Below are positions 9,546 through 19,148 of a DNA stretch of 59,840 nucleotides, piece by piece. The stretch lies in the IMG/VR virus record IMGVR_UViG_3300012041_000024, positions 1 through 59,840 of that record; one strand, written 5' to 3'. The notes under the pieces are model-generated. The model was given only the letters and a program-made list of their open reading frames with translations. It had not been told where the DNA came from and did not search any database. Made by a program: the position numbers and the translations under genes. Each line of letters opens with the position of its first letter. Position 1 is the first letter of the stretch. This DNA comes from a virus (lineage: Duplodnaviria; Caudoviricetes).

Positions 9546-10033
9546 TGGCGGTCGGGGGCGCGTCCGTCGCGGTAGGTGGTCGCTCGGTCAAGAACCCGTC
9601 CAACTTCTCGTACGTCCAACTCGATCCGGCGGCGCTGCAAGCACTACTCGAAAGCGAGAGCGGGCCGGTCGCGCGTGATCTGATGGTGCGCGGCGAACGA
9701 GTGAAAACGAAAGCGAAGCAACTCGTCGGCGTCTCGAAACCCGATCCGGTGCCAAGGAAGAAACCGCATCGGCCGGGGACGCTGCGCGACCGGATCGTGA
9801 AACGGATGAGCATCAAGAGCGGGAAACTCGTCGTCGAAGTCGGCGCCGATGTGCCGTACGCGTTCTTCCATCATGAAGGCACCGTGGCGCACATAATCAG
9901 GGCGAAGAACAGCCCGTATCTCGTGTTTTACTGGTCGAGAGTCGATCGTGTCGTCGCGTTCAAGAGTGTCAACCATCCCGGCACGAAGGCCAACAAGTTT
10001 CTTACGAACGCTCTGCCTGCGGCGAAGGGCTGA
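9545..10033 (+). CDS. HK97 gp10-like neck/tail completion protein
   Basis: GTLRDRI, YAFFHHEGT, VNHPGTKANKFL motifs. Confidence 0.8.
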   Translation: MAVGGASVAVGGRSVKNPSNFSYVQLDPAALQALLESESGPVARDLMVRGERVKTKAKQLVGVSKPDPVPRKKPHRPGTLRDRIVKRMSIKSGKLVVEVGADVPYAFFHHEGTVAHIIRAKNSPYLVFYWSRVDRVVAFKSVNHPGTKANKFLTNALPAAKG

Positions 10034-10053
10034 CACTCGACTATCATCCGGCT
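10030..10053 (+). promoter_or_regulatory. leaderless-type promoter
   Basis: CTGACACTCGACTATCATCCGGC; TATCAT 6 nt before ATG 10054. Confidence 0.6.
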
Positions 10054-10443
10054 ATGGCAGAGATACGAGAGTTCAAGACGGCCGACGTGCGCCGTGTCCC
10101 GCCGATTGTGTTCACCCTCGACGGTGAGCAGTTCCGGGCGACGGCGACGCCGCCGATCGAGATGCAAGCCGCGCTGCTCGGCGTGATGCCGAATCAGAAC
10201 AACGGGAAACGGGTGTACTCCGCGGCGATCTTGCTCGGCGCGATCGAGGAACTGGTGCTGGCTCGTATCTGGGTCGACGACGACAGCGCCGAAGGCGGGC
10301 GGTGGGAGCAGGTCGATGACCGGGCGCGGCTGCGGGCGATCTTGCATTCCGATGAGCGGCAAATCCCGATCGCGCATCTCGGGGAACTGGTGATGTGGAT
10401 ACTCGGGGAGGCCGTCGAGATCCCTACGCCCGCGCTCAACTGA
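10054..10443 (+). CDS. tail assembly chaperone
   Basis: FTLDGEQF motif; upstream of tape measure; ends ..IPT. Confidence 0.75.
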   Translation: MAEIREFKTADVRRVPPIVFTLDGEQFRATATPPIEMQAALLGVMPNQNNGKRVYSAAILLGAIEELVLARIWVDDDSAEGGRWEQVDDRARLRAILHSDERQIPIAHLGELVMWILGEAVEIPTPALN

Positions 10444-10718
10444 TCTGTGGTTGGGCGCTGAACAATCAGACGTGGGTCGACGGCGAGTTGGCGCTCGCCG
10501 GGGCCGAACCGGAGGATCTGCGGTCGTGGCTGACGGTGTGTTACGCGTTGCTGATCCGCGCGAATACGTCGTCGATGACCGCTCCGGCGCAGGTGATCGA
10601 CGAGTTCGAGAAACGAGCGAAGCTGTGGCTGCTCGATGAGCAGACGTGGGGCGTCGGCGCGGACGCGGTCGCCGGTCAGCAGGGCCTCGAAGCGCTCATC
10701 GCCCGACAGGACGGCTGA
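10422..10718 (+). CDS. tail assembly chaperone extension (-1 frame, probable programmed frameshift)
   Basis: Overlapping -1 ORF without a convincing start of its own; ATC-CCT-ACG junction. Confidence 0.6.
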   Translation, partial: PYARAQLICGWALNNQTWVDGELALAGAEPEDLRSWLTVCYALLIRANTSSMTAPAQVIDEFEKRAKLWLLDEQTWGVGADAVAGQQGLEALIARQDG

Positions 10719-10737
10719 GAGCGCCTAGCATCGACGT

Positions 10738-13104
10738 GTGGCCGGTTCAATCGTTGGTGAAGCGTGGGTCGCGGTCGGCGCGCAAACCGATCAGGTCGAC
10801 GACCAGGTCGTCGACGCGTTCACGAAGGCGGGGAAGAAAGGCGCCGACGCGTTCGACGACTCGCTGGACAAGGCGACGAAGTCGTCGACGAGCCAGGGGA
10901 AGTCTTCGGGCGCCGGGTTGGGGAAGTCGTTCCTGGCGGGGTTCGCGGGGGCGATGGCGGCGCCGATCATCGCGAACACGCTGAAAGGGTTCGTTACCGC
11001 GTCGGAGGACGCGGCGAAGGTATCGGCGCAGACGGAAGCGGTGATCAAGTCGACCGGCGGCGCGGCGAACGTCTCCGCGAAGCAAGTCGACGACTTGGCG
11101 AACGCGATCTCGAAGAAAACCGCGGTCGATGACGAAGCGATCAAGACCGGCGCGAATCTGCTGCTGACGTTCACGAACGTGAAGAACGAAGTCGGCGAAG
11201 GCCGCGACGTCTTCAACCGGGCGACGCAGACGATCACCGACATGGCCGCGGCGATGGGCACCGACGCCAAAGGCTCCGCGATCCAGTTGGGTAAAGCGTT
11301 GAACGACCCGATCAAAGGCGTGTCCGCGCTCGGCGAAGTCGGCGTGACGTTCACCGATCAGCAGAAAAAGATGATCGAGACGATGGTGAAAGCCGGTGAC
11401 ACCGCCGGGGCGCAGGGCGTCATCCTCGACGAGTTGGCGAAAGAGTTCGGCGGGTCAGCGGAGGCGCAAGCGACCGCGTCGGCGAAGATGAAAGTGGCGT
11501 GGGGCGAACTGCAAGAACAGATCGGCACGCAGTTGATGCCGATCATCGCGGGGGCGTTCGGCGGGTTGACGAAACTGATCGACGGGTTCGCTTCGCTCCC
11601 CGGCCCGTTGCAGTCGGTGACGCTCGGCCTCGGCGTCGCCGCAGGCGGTCTGTACGGCGTGAGCAAAATCATGAATATCGTCGGCGGCGCTACGGACACG
11701 CTTCGCCCCGCGCTGGAAACGCTCATCAATCGCCTCACTGTCCTCGGTGATACCGGGACTCGTTCGATGTCGAGACTCGGGAAAGCAGTCGCGATCGTCG
11801 GGCTCGTCACCGCGACGGCAGCGTTCACGCTGTTCGCGAAATCGGTGCACGACGCCGGGAACTCAATCGCGATCGACGTCGACAAACTCGCCGGAGCCGC
11901 CGAAGACGACTTGGATCGCGTCGCTGTGGGACTCACGCAGTTCTTCGACAAGGTCGGCGAACTCGGCGGCGCCGAACGCGAGAAAGCGATGGGGACGTTC
12001 CTCAAAGAGTTCCGCGCGACCGCCGATCAGAACATCGACGCCGCTATCCGTCTGCGCGACGCGATCGGCGATACCGGCGCGTCGACTGATGAGTACACGA
12101 AGATCATCGAAGAATCCATCGCGGCGACGCAGCGCCGCGGGCTGTCGGAGGAACGAGCAGCGGAGAAGATCAAAGAAACCGGGTTCATCGCGGAGGTCAC
12201 GAAAGAACAGATCGACGAATACACCGCCTTCATGGAGAAAAATTCGGAGCAGGTCGAGCAGTCCGGTGAAGCGCATCGACTGTGGACTGAGTCGTTGGTC
12301 GACGCCGACGAAGCGATGGGGAATCTGATCGACCGGCTGTTCGACGTCACGAACGCTGACGCCGACTGGAACGAAGCGGTCGAGAAGACGATCAAGACGT
12401 TGCACGAGAACGGCAACAACCTCGACGTGTGGAACGCGCGGGGCCGCGAGAACCGCGACGTGCTGCAGGAGATGATCACGAAGGGCGGCGAATGGCTCGG
12501 CACGATCTTCGAGCAGGAAGGCGCGTCGCAGAACTTCAAGACGACGTCGCAGCGGATACGCGACTCGCTGATCGAGACGATGAAGCAGGCGGGCCTCACG
12601 CAAGAGCAAATCGACACCTACATCAAGGTATGGGATCAAGTCCCGTCGGAGATCGAGACGACGGTCAAAGTCACCGCCGTCGGTGACTGGGAGAAACTGT
12701 TGGCGCTCCCCGGTCTGCACGGTGGCCCGTCACTCGGTTCGATGCTGAACGCGGCCGGTGTCAGCTTCGGCGCGGAGGGCGGGAACTTCGTCATCCCGCA
12801 TTACGCCGGAGGGACGCATTCAGCGCCGCGCGGGTTGGCGGTCGTCGGCGAACTCGGCCCCGAACTCGTGCAGTTCGGCGGCTCCGCGGCGGTGTTCCCG
12901 GCGGATCAATTCGAGCGACAGATGGCGCGTGCGTTGTCGTCGGTGCTCGGCGGGCGGATGGGCGCGACGACGGTGAACGTCATGATCGACAACGTCTCGT
13001 ACGGCGACGCGCATCAAGTGGCGACGATGGTCGGTCAAGGCGTGCAGCGAGTGCTCGAAAGCAATGCGATCGGTGTCGGCGTCCGTCAAGGCGCAGGCCG
13101 ATGA
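10738..13104 (+). CDS. tape measure protein
   Basis: 788 aa helical Ala/Gly-rich; QLGKALNDPIKGVSAL and VVGELGPELV motifs. Confidence 0.92.
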   Translation: MAGSIVGEAWVAVGAQTDQVDDQVVDAFTKAGKKGADAFDDSLDKATKSSTSQGKSSGAGLGKSFLAGFAGAMAAPIIANTLKGFVTASEDAAKVSAQTEAVIKSTGGAANVSAKQVDDLANAISKKTAVDDEAIKTGANLLLTFTNVKNEVGEGRDVFNRATQTITDMAAAMGTDAKGSAIQLGKALNDPIKGVSALGEVGVTFTDQQKKMIETMVKAGDTAGAQGVILDELAKEFGGSAEAQATASAKMKVAWGELQEQIGTQLMPIIAGAFGGLTKLIDGFASLPGPLQSVTLGLGVAAGGLYGVSKIMNIVGGATDTLRPALETLINRLTVLGDTGTRSMSRLGKAVAIVGLVTATAAFTLFAKSVHDAGNSIAIDVDKLAGAAEDDLDRVAVGLTQFFDKVGELGGAEREKAMGTFLKEFRATADQNIDAAIRLRDAIGDTGASTDEYTKIIEESIAATQRRGLSEERAAEKIKETGFIAEVTKEQIDEYTAFMEKNSEQVEQSGEAHRLWTESLVDADEAMGNLIDRLFDVTNADADWNEAVEKTIKTLHENGNNLDVWNARGRENRDVLQEMITKGGEWLGTIFEQEGASQNFKTTSQRIRDSLIETMKQAGLTQEQIDTYIKVWDQVPSEIETTVKVTAVGDWEKLLALPGLHGGPSLGSMLNAAGVSFGAEGGNFVIPHYAGGTHSAPRGLAVVGELGPELVQFGGSAAVFPADQFERQMARALSSVLGGRMGATTVNVMIDNVSYGDAHQVATMVGQGVQRVLESNAIGVGVRQGAGR

Positions 13105-13454
13105 TGGGACGACCAAAGGGCAGCGGCGTAGTTCCACTCGATGAACGCCTATTGTCGCGATTCGAGACTGGCGATCCTTGGGAGTGTTGGCCGTGGCTCG
13201 GCTGCGTCAATCAACGCGGTTACGGCGTGCTCGGCGCAGGTGGGCGCGGCGGGAAGGTATTGCTTGTCCATCGACTCGTTTACGCGCTATTCGTCGAGGA
13301 CATACCGCCCGACATGACGGTCGACCATCTCTGTTTCAATCGCATCTGCCTCAACCCCGACCATATGGAGATGGTTCCCATGCCCGAGAACAGTCGCCGC
13401 GGCTGCATGCGCCGTTGGCACGGTCAGACGTTCTGGCCCGACCGGGAGGGCTGA
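13101..13454 (+). CDS. HNH homing endonuclease (HNH_3-like)
   Basis: CWPW..GYG..VHRLVY..DHLCFNRICLNPDH..EN. Confidence 0.9.
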   Translation: MMGRPKGSGVVPLDERLLSRFETGDPWECWPWLGCVNQRGYGVLGAGGRGGKVLLVHRLVYALFVEDIPPDMTVDHLCFNRICLNPDHMEMVPMPENSRRGCMRRWHGQTFWPDREG

Positions 13455-13457
13455 GTC

Positions 13458-15914
13458 ACGTCTCACAACCCGAACGCGACGGCGACGATCGGCCTCGAAT
13501 GGCGGTCGTGGTACACCGCGCAGACCGACGCCAACTCGATCGCGGCGTACATCAACTCGTCGGCGACGGAGACGATCGACGGAGTGCTCGTGCCGTACAC
13601 GACGACGGGAGCGAACCCGTCGTATCTGCGGCTGTGGGCCGAGGTCTACAACGCTACGGATCTCGGTGTGAACGAGACGCCGGTCGTGACGACGCTCGTG
13701 CCGAACGAAGACATCGCGCTGTCGCAAGTCATGTACTCGTCGGTGGCGGGACCGGAGTCGGGGCCGACATCGAGTACGGCGACGAATCTCGATCAGTACG
13801 TCGACGACACGACCGACGAACTCATCTCCAGTTACGACTACATCAGTTTGGCGACGGGGTCGTACGCGCGGTTCGCGTTCAACGGTTCGACGTTGCCTGC
13901 TGGTCGTGTCCTGTCGGTGACGGTTGAGGTGCGCTATCAGAACGAAGGCGCCGCGGCCGGGTCGCAAGGCGGCGGCGGTCTGACACCGCTGTCGGTGCAG
14001 ATGTATAACGGGACGTCGTTCGTGGCGACGCTCGGGACGATTACGCCGTCGGCGACGAATCAGAATCCGTACATGGCGAACGCGACGGTCGGGCCGTTCT
14101 ACACGAACCCGTTGACGAACGAGCCGTGGATGCGCGACGACATCGTCAACATGGATACCGGCTCGAATCTGTTGATTCAGTTGACCGGCGCGTCGGGTTT
14201 GATGGGCTTGAACAACACGAAGATCGCGGCGCTGCGAGTCAAGGTGTCGATGATCACCGAGAAGCGAGTCGCGGTCGGCGCGAACGGCTACTCGACGGCG
14301 GTGTTCGCGTCGACGCTGATCTATACGGGGCCGGGAAGTTTTTGTTCGTTGAAAACTCCAAGCGGCACCGACAACTGGGCGAAAGCAGCGAGCACGGATT
14401 ACATCGTCGTGATCAGGCGCATCCTGAACGAGTGGGCGGGGATGGCGTTCCAGACGCCGCGGTTCCGGTACGTCGGCGTCACCTGTCCGCACGATCAAGG
14501 CACCCGCGTATTCATGTCGGTCGACTCGCTGACCGGGCGCATCACGAGCACGGCGTCGGTCGTGGACAGCAATACGTGGGGGTTGCTGCTGGCGCGCTCC
14601 GACTCGGCGTTGTCGGTCGATTCGCAGGTGTATCACATCGGCTCGTCGCCGGAGCAAGGGCCGACGGCGTCGAAGCAGTTCATGTCGAACGCGGCGTCGA
14701 CGAACTATCTGATCGTTCGTGCGCTCGTCGGTATCCACACGACCGTCATCAACGGGTTGACCGCCCCGAACCAGCCGCTGCTGTTCAAAGTGAAGCGGGC
14801 GTCCGACAACGTGCAGATGGGCGGCACCGCGACGTTGAACGCGGCGGATATCGGTCAGCATGTGTTCCTCGGGTACTCGGGTGATCCGTTGAAGGCGTGG
14901 TACGACGTGCAGTTGGCGTTGTCGTCGGCGGCGACGCTCGTGTCGGGGACGCAGTATTACGTCGAGTTCTCATCAACAGCGGCGTCGCCGTATTGGGTGC
15001 TGAAACGACTCGATTACACGGAGACGCATTCATACACCGGCGACCAGAGCTACGGCGGGTCCGTCGATTACGGCGACTGGTTGGCGTCCGGTCCGGTGCA
15101 GCAGGATTTCGTGGTGACGCTCACGACGGCGCCGCCGACGGCTCCGGCCACGATCACCGTCACAAAAACGGCGCTGTCGTTGCCTGATCCTGGTGACCCG
15201 TCATGCACGGTGGGGACGCACGAGTACGCGCACGTCGTGTGGGCACCGACCGCGGACGGCGAGTTCGACCGCTACGAACTACAACGCAGCGAAGACGGCG
15301 GCACGACCTGGCAGTTAATCGCGCGGATCACACCGGAGGCGACAGTCAGCTTCGACGATCACGAAGCGGCGCGCGGCGTCGCGTTGCAGTACCGGATACG
15401 GATGGTCCGCGGGAACGGCAACGCCACCGCGTGGCGCACACAGTCGGGGACGATCACGCTGGCGTACAACAGCGGCGCGATCATCTTCGCGACGAACACC
15501 GACACGGCGTTGACCGTCGGGTATCTGACGCTCGGCACCGTCCACGATTACCGCTTCCTGTCCGACGCCGAAGTATCGATCGTGCAGATGCACGAACGCG
15601 ACTATCAGACACAGTTCCGGCCGTTGGAGGATCGGGGCGTCGGCTACTCGTGGAGTCTGCTGATCCACTCCCGCTCCGACGACGACCGCACGTCGGTCCC
15701 GGCGGGCGGGGTCGGCGCGGCGGCGTTCGACCCGCTGCGCGCCGTCGTCGAAGCGCCCGACGCGACGTACACGACGATCTTCACACCCGACGGCGTCCGC
15801 TTGTTCGGCGCGGTGCGGCTCCCGACCGGGCGCCGCTATCAGCCCGCGGAGCACTACACGGCGCCGGTGTCGATCGTCGAAGTCGCAGCAACACCCGCAG
15901 TCGTGGACGTGTAA
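13458..15914 (+). CDS. minor tail protein with FN3-like domain; probable ACG start (first canonical start at 13584)
   Basis: GGAGG 8 nt before ACG-TCT-CAC-AAC-CCG-AAC; NPN..GLEW N-terminus; YELQRSEDGGTTW..YRIR FN3-like segment. Confidence 0.7.
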   Translation, partial: TSHNPNATATIGLEWRSWYTAQTDANSIAAYINSSATETIDGVLVPYTTTGANPSYLRLWAEVYNATDLGVNETPVVTTLVPNEDIALSQVMYSSVAGPESGPTSSTATNLDQYVDDTTDELISSYDYISLATGSYARFAFNGSTLPAGRVLSVTVEVRYQNEGAAAGSQGGGGLTPLSVQMYNGTSFVATLGTITPSATNQNPYMANATVGPFYTNPLTNEPWMRDDIVNMDTGSNLLIQLTGASGLMGLNNTKIAALRVKVSMITEKRVAVGANGYSTAVFASTLIYTGPGSFCSLKTPSGTDNWAKAASTDYIVVIRRILNEWAGMAFQTPRFRYVGVTCPHDQGTRVFMSVDSLTGRITSTASVVDSNTWGLLLARSDSALSVDSQVYHIGSSPEQGPTASKQFMSNAASTNYLIVRALVGIHTTVINGLTAPNQPLLFKVKRASDNVQMGGTATLNAADIGQHVFLGYSGDPLKAWYDVQLALSSAATLVSGTQYYVEFSSTAASPYWVLKRLDYTETHSYTGDQSYGGSVDYGDWLASGPVQQDFVVTLTTAPPTAPATITVTKTALSLPDPGDPSCTVGTHEYAHVVWAPTADGEFDRYELQRSEDGGTTWQLIARITPEATVSFDDHEAARGVALQYRIRMVRGNGNATAWRTQSGTITLAYNSGAIIFATNTDTALTVGYLTLGTVHDYRFLSDAEVSIVQMHERDYQTQFRPLEDRGVGYSWSLLIHSRSDDDRTSVPAGGVGAAAFDPLRAVVEAPDATYTTIFTPDGVRLFGAVRLPTGRRYQPAEHYTAPVSIVEVAATPAVVDV

Positions 15915-16979
15915 ATGGCGACCGCGACGGAACTGCTCGACCTCGCTCCCGGCGTCGCGCTACGAAGCGAGGGCGCTCGATTCGAGCTACGCGACTCGGT
16001 CGGCATGATCCTCGGGGCGGTCACCCCGCGGCGGGTCGTGTCCGTCGAGAACCGCGCCGACGGGGCATTGAAGCGGACGCTCACGAACTTTGTGTTGACA
16101 CCGGACGTCGAAGCGGACGTGAACCCGTTGACGGATCGAGTGTGGGCGTACTGGAAGCTGAGCACTGGCGATGAGTACCCGCTCGGGAAGTTCCTGTTCG
16201 CGTCGTGGTCCGCGACACGCACGAGTTACGGGCTGACGGCGTCGACTCGGCTCTTGGATCAAGGCGTCATCCTCGGGCAGTCGACCGCCTATTCGTTCGG
16301 TGTTTCACGTGGAACATTGATCCGCGACGCGCTCGCCGCGGTGTTCGACGCCGCCGGTATCCACACATACAGCATTGATGCGTCGAATACGGCGGTGGCT
16401 GATTCGCCGTTGGCGTGGCCCGCGGGGAAGTCGACGACGTACGCGTCGATCGCGTCGACGCTGTGCTCGCTGGCGGGGACGACCGACTGGTACTTCGACA
16501 ACGACGGCCTGCTAACCGTCGCAGCGCAACCGAATCTGACGCTGGCGTCCACGCTCGTCTATGACAGCGGGGGTCGGATCATCGCCGGTTCCGCCGTCGA
16601 GCAGAACGACCTCCTCAACTCGCCGAACCGGTACGTCGCGGTCGACAGTGCGAATCGTGACGCCCCCGTCGTCGGTGTCTACACGCTCCCGGCGGATGCG
16701 CCGCACTCGATCAGCAATCGTGGCTTCGCGATCACTCGCACCGTCGAAGCCCCCGGCGTCGGGACGACGGCGCGTGCGGAGGCGTTCGCGGCGGCGTACG
16801 CACAGAACGACCCGGACGCCTACGAGACGGTCACGTTCAGCAGCCCGCCTGATCCGCGTCACGACACGTACGACGTCGTCGAATACCTCGGGACGAACTA
16901 CCAAGAAACCGGGTGGCGGTTGGCGTGCGCGCCGGGCGGGCCGCACGAGCACACGCTCCGACGCGCGGTGTACGTATGA
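15915..16979 (+). CDS. minor tail/baseplate hub protein
   Basis: YPLGKF, WYFDNDG, PDPRHDTYDVV motifs typical of actinophage hub proteins. Confidence 0.75.
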   Translation: MATATELLDLAPGVALRSEGARFELRDSVGMILGAVTPRRVVSVENRADGALKRTLTNFVLTPDVEADVNPLTDRVWAYWKLSTGDEYPLGKFLFASWSATRTSYGLTASTRLLDQGVILGQSTAYSFGVSRGTLIRDALAAVFDAAGIHTYSIDASNTAVADSPLAWPAGKSTTYASIASTLCSLAGTTDWYFDNDGLLTVAAQPNLTLASTLVYDSGGRIIAGSAVEQNDLLNSPNRYVAVDSANRDAPVVGVYTLPADAPHSISNRGFAITRTVEAPGVGTTARAEAFAAAYAQNDPDAYETVTFSSPPDPRHDTYDVVEYLGTNYQETGWRLACAPGGPHEHTLRRAVYV

Positions 16980-17074
16980 GCGTGGTCGCGGCCGTCGTGA
17001 CGACGCTCGTGTACTGCGTCGTGTCGTTCACGATCATCACCGCCGTCGCGGTCGTCGTGGAAGTCCTCACCTGA
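16976..17074 (+). CDS. 32-aa hydrophobic peptide
   Basis: ATGA and TGATG overlaps fill the gap exactly; MSVVAAVVTTLVYCVV... Confidence 0.4.
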   Translation: MSVVAAVVTTLVYCVVSFTIITAVAVVVEVLT

Positions 17075-17382
17075 TGTTCACGCCGGAGGACCGCCAAGCG
17101 ATCGTCGACATCGTCGCCCCGCTATTGGAGCAGACACTCGCGGCGGTGATCCCGCAAGCCGTCGCCGCGGCGGGGCAGAGCGTGTGGCGCCCCGGTACGT
17201 GTCAGAGCATCGACGCCGCCGGAGTCGCCACGGTCCTCGTCGACGGGGATACGGCGCCGATCGACGCCGGAATCATCGGTGTGTGGCCGCTGGCGGGTGC
17301 TCGGGTCATCGTCGTGTTCGTGGCGCCCGGTGCGGTGTTTTGCTTCGGGATCGTCGCCACGCCACCCGAATTCCCCGCGTAG
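17074..17382 (+). CDS. minor tail protein (OB-fold spike-like)
   Basis: RPGT..ATVLVDGD..PLAGARVIV..FG pattern; end of tail operon. Confidence 0.6.
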   Translation: MFTPEDRQAIVDIVAPLLEQTLAAVIPQAVAAAGQSVWRPGTCQSIDAAGVATVLVDGDTAPIDAGIIGVWPLAGARVIVVFVAPGAVFCFGIVATPPEFPA

Positions 17383-17465
17383 ACCGCTGTAGCTCCCTCT
17401 GAGAAGCCCTGTACGGCGTCGCGAGCGGTCAGACGGTATAACAGCACGTCGGAAACCGGGGCGGC

Positions 17466-17663
17466 TTACAGGGCGAATGGTTCGCTGTCGGGGACGATCG
17501 CGCCGACCGGCCGATACGGCGCAACCCGCCGGATCGAGTTCTCATCGACCCATGCTCGGGCACGCCACAGTTGCCCGCATTCGGGGCAGAACACCGTCAA
17601 CTGTGCGTCGTCGTAGACGAGATTCCGGTGGTCGTGGTTGCGGGGCGGGGAATCAACGAGCAT
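17466..17663 (-). CDS. small zinc-ribbon protein
   Basis: HDH..CPECG; overlaps the stop of the MerR-like gene. Confidence 0.5.
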   Translation of the reverse strand: MLVDSPPRNHDHRNLVYDDAQLTVFCPECGQLWRARAWVDENSIRRVAPYRPVGAIVPDSEPFAL

Positions 17664-18033
17664 CTAGCGCCGCCCGTAGATCAGCACGGATCAGCGTGAG
17701 ATCCACCGTGATTCGCACCGCGGGGTGGTTCGTGTGCAACTCGATCCGCTTCAAATACGGTGTCTCGCGCAGCGTGGCCAGGGCGTCGTCGATGATCGCG
17801 AACTCGATCCGCGCTTCGCGGAGACGGGCGACGAACACGATCAAGAACAGATCGTCGTACGTGAAGTGGCGGTAATACCCCGACCCGCCGTCGTGCTCAG
17901 GGAGGATGCGGCCGCAGCGCACCCAGTAATCGAGTTGGCGGAACGTGATCCGCGCGATGCGGCACACGTCAGTCGATGAAAACGATTGTCGTTCGATGTC
18001 AGTGGTCGTCGTTAGAGTAGACACGAGTATCAC
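17653..18033 (-). CDS. MerR-family HTH regulator (start uncertain)
   Basis: VCRIARITFRQLDYW..GSGYYRHFTYDDL. Confidence 0.85.
   Translation of the reverse strand: MILVSTLTTTTDIERQSFSSTDVCRIARITFRQLDYWVRCGRILPEHDGGSGYYRHFTYDDLFLIVFVARLREARIEFAIIDDALATLRETPYLKRIELHTNHPAVRITVDLTLIRADLRAALDAR
18017..18032. promoter_or_regulatory. operator-like site between divergent genes
   Basis: Reverse complement TGATACTCGTGTCTAC matches TGATACNCGTGT. Confidence 0.5.
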
Positions 18034-18059
18034 TCTACCCTCATCGGAACAGGAGAAAC

Positions 18060-18908
18060 GTGACTATCACGAACGGCGAATCTCGACACATCTTGCAAAC
18101 GGTGGCCGTCGACTACTGGCAGCCCGAACCGCGTGTCGTGGGGAAGCTCCCGCGGGTGTGGTGCAAAGCGTGCCGCGACAACAAGCAGCGGCGGCACTGC
18201 GATCAGCATCAGATCATCAAGTGTCCGGACTGCAAGCAGAACATCACGTCCGGTCATCTGCACCTCGACTATGTCGGGCACGCCGACGTGAACCGGGTGT
18301 TGACGATGATCGACCCGTTGTGGAATTGGGAGCCGTGCGGGTTCACCGAAGACGGCCAGCCGGTGATGACGATCCGCTCGAACAAGAAACTCGTCATGTG
18401 GGGACGCCTCACTTTGCACGGCGTTCCCCGGTTGTGCGTCGGGACGTGCGATCTCGACAAAGAGGAAGCCGACAAAGAGATCGTCGGTGATCTGATCCGC
18501 AACGGGGCGCTCAGACACAACGTGTACGGCGGGCTGTGGAGCAAGTCCGAGGGCGCGGACTTCGATCACGTCATCGACCCGCCCGTCGTTACGCCGATCT
18601 CAGCGGAGACGCAACGACTCTTGCAGCCGATCGTCAGCGATGACCCGGTGGGGACGCCGTCGACGTTGGACGATCGTCGCGGCATCAAGGCGCTCGTGCA
18701 GGATCTCTCAGAGAATCAGCAACTCGATCTGCGCTCGTGGTGCGTCGATCGTGACATCGCGATCACGCTCAGCGGGCAGGTGCCGCAAGCGACGACAGTC
18801 GAGCAGTGCATCGCGATCCGTGACTACATCGTCACGATGGGCGACGACGAACCGATGTACCCAGGGACAGCAGCAGTCATTGATCAATCGCTGCCGCTCG
18901 AAGCCTGA
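18060..18908 (+). CDS. Rad52/Sak-like single-strand annealing protein with zinc-finger insertion
   Basis: LDYVGHADV..IDPLWNWEP..KEIVGDLIRNGALR; CKAC/CPDC; AGGAG RBS. Confidence 0.7.
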   Translation: MTITNGESRHILQTVAVDYWQPEPRVVGKLPRVWCKACRDNKQRRHCDQHQIIKCPDCKQNITSGHLHLDYVGHADVNRVLTMIDPLWNWEPCGFTEDGQPVMTIRSNKKLVMWGRLTLHGVPRLCVGTCDLDKEEADKEIVGDLIRNGALRHNVYGGLWSKSEGADFDHVIDPPVVTPISAETQRLLQPIVSDDPVGTPSTLDDRRGIKALVQDLSENQQLDLRSWCVDRDIAITLSGQVPQATTVEQCIAIRDYIVTMGDDEPMYPGTAAVIDQSLPLEA

Positions 18909-18912
18909 ACGC

Positions 18913-18954
18913 GAGTGTGCCCCCGACGGGCTTGTGCGGGGGCACACTCTGTTT
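18913..18954 (+). terminator. intrinsic terminator-like hairpin
   Basis: GAGTGTGCCCCCG/CGGGGGCACACTC stem followed by TGTTT. Confidence 0.65.
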
Positions 18955-19148
18955 GCGTCTCAACTTCGGAGGAAGTCGTGAGATGGACACTCTAACGCGC
19001 GGAGCGTCGCGCGAGCTACTGTTGCACGTCACATCAAAAACGACGAAGGCCGGGCGACGAACCCGACCTCCGTCAAGAGCAGCCTGTAAGGGAGGCGCTA
19101 CATGACAAACCATACACGTACGCACGCCGAGCGAAACCTCGGTTCGCT

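Noticed and set aside
13287-14861. Long minus-strand ORFs (also 49708-51276, 33076-34212, 51289-52320)
   Set aside because: Arg-rich antisense shadows of real + strand genes, expected at high GC
17383-18060. Integration/immunity cassette at the strand switch
   Set aside because: No tyrosine or serine recombinase and no attP-like tRNA fragment recognisable
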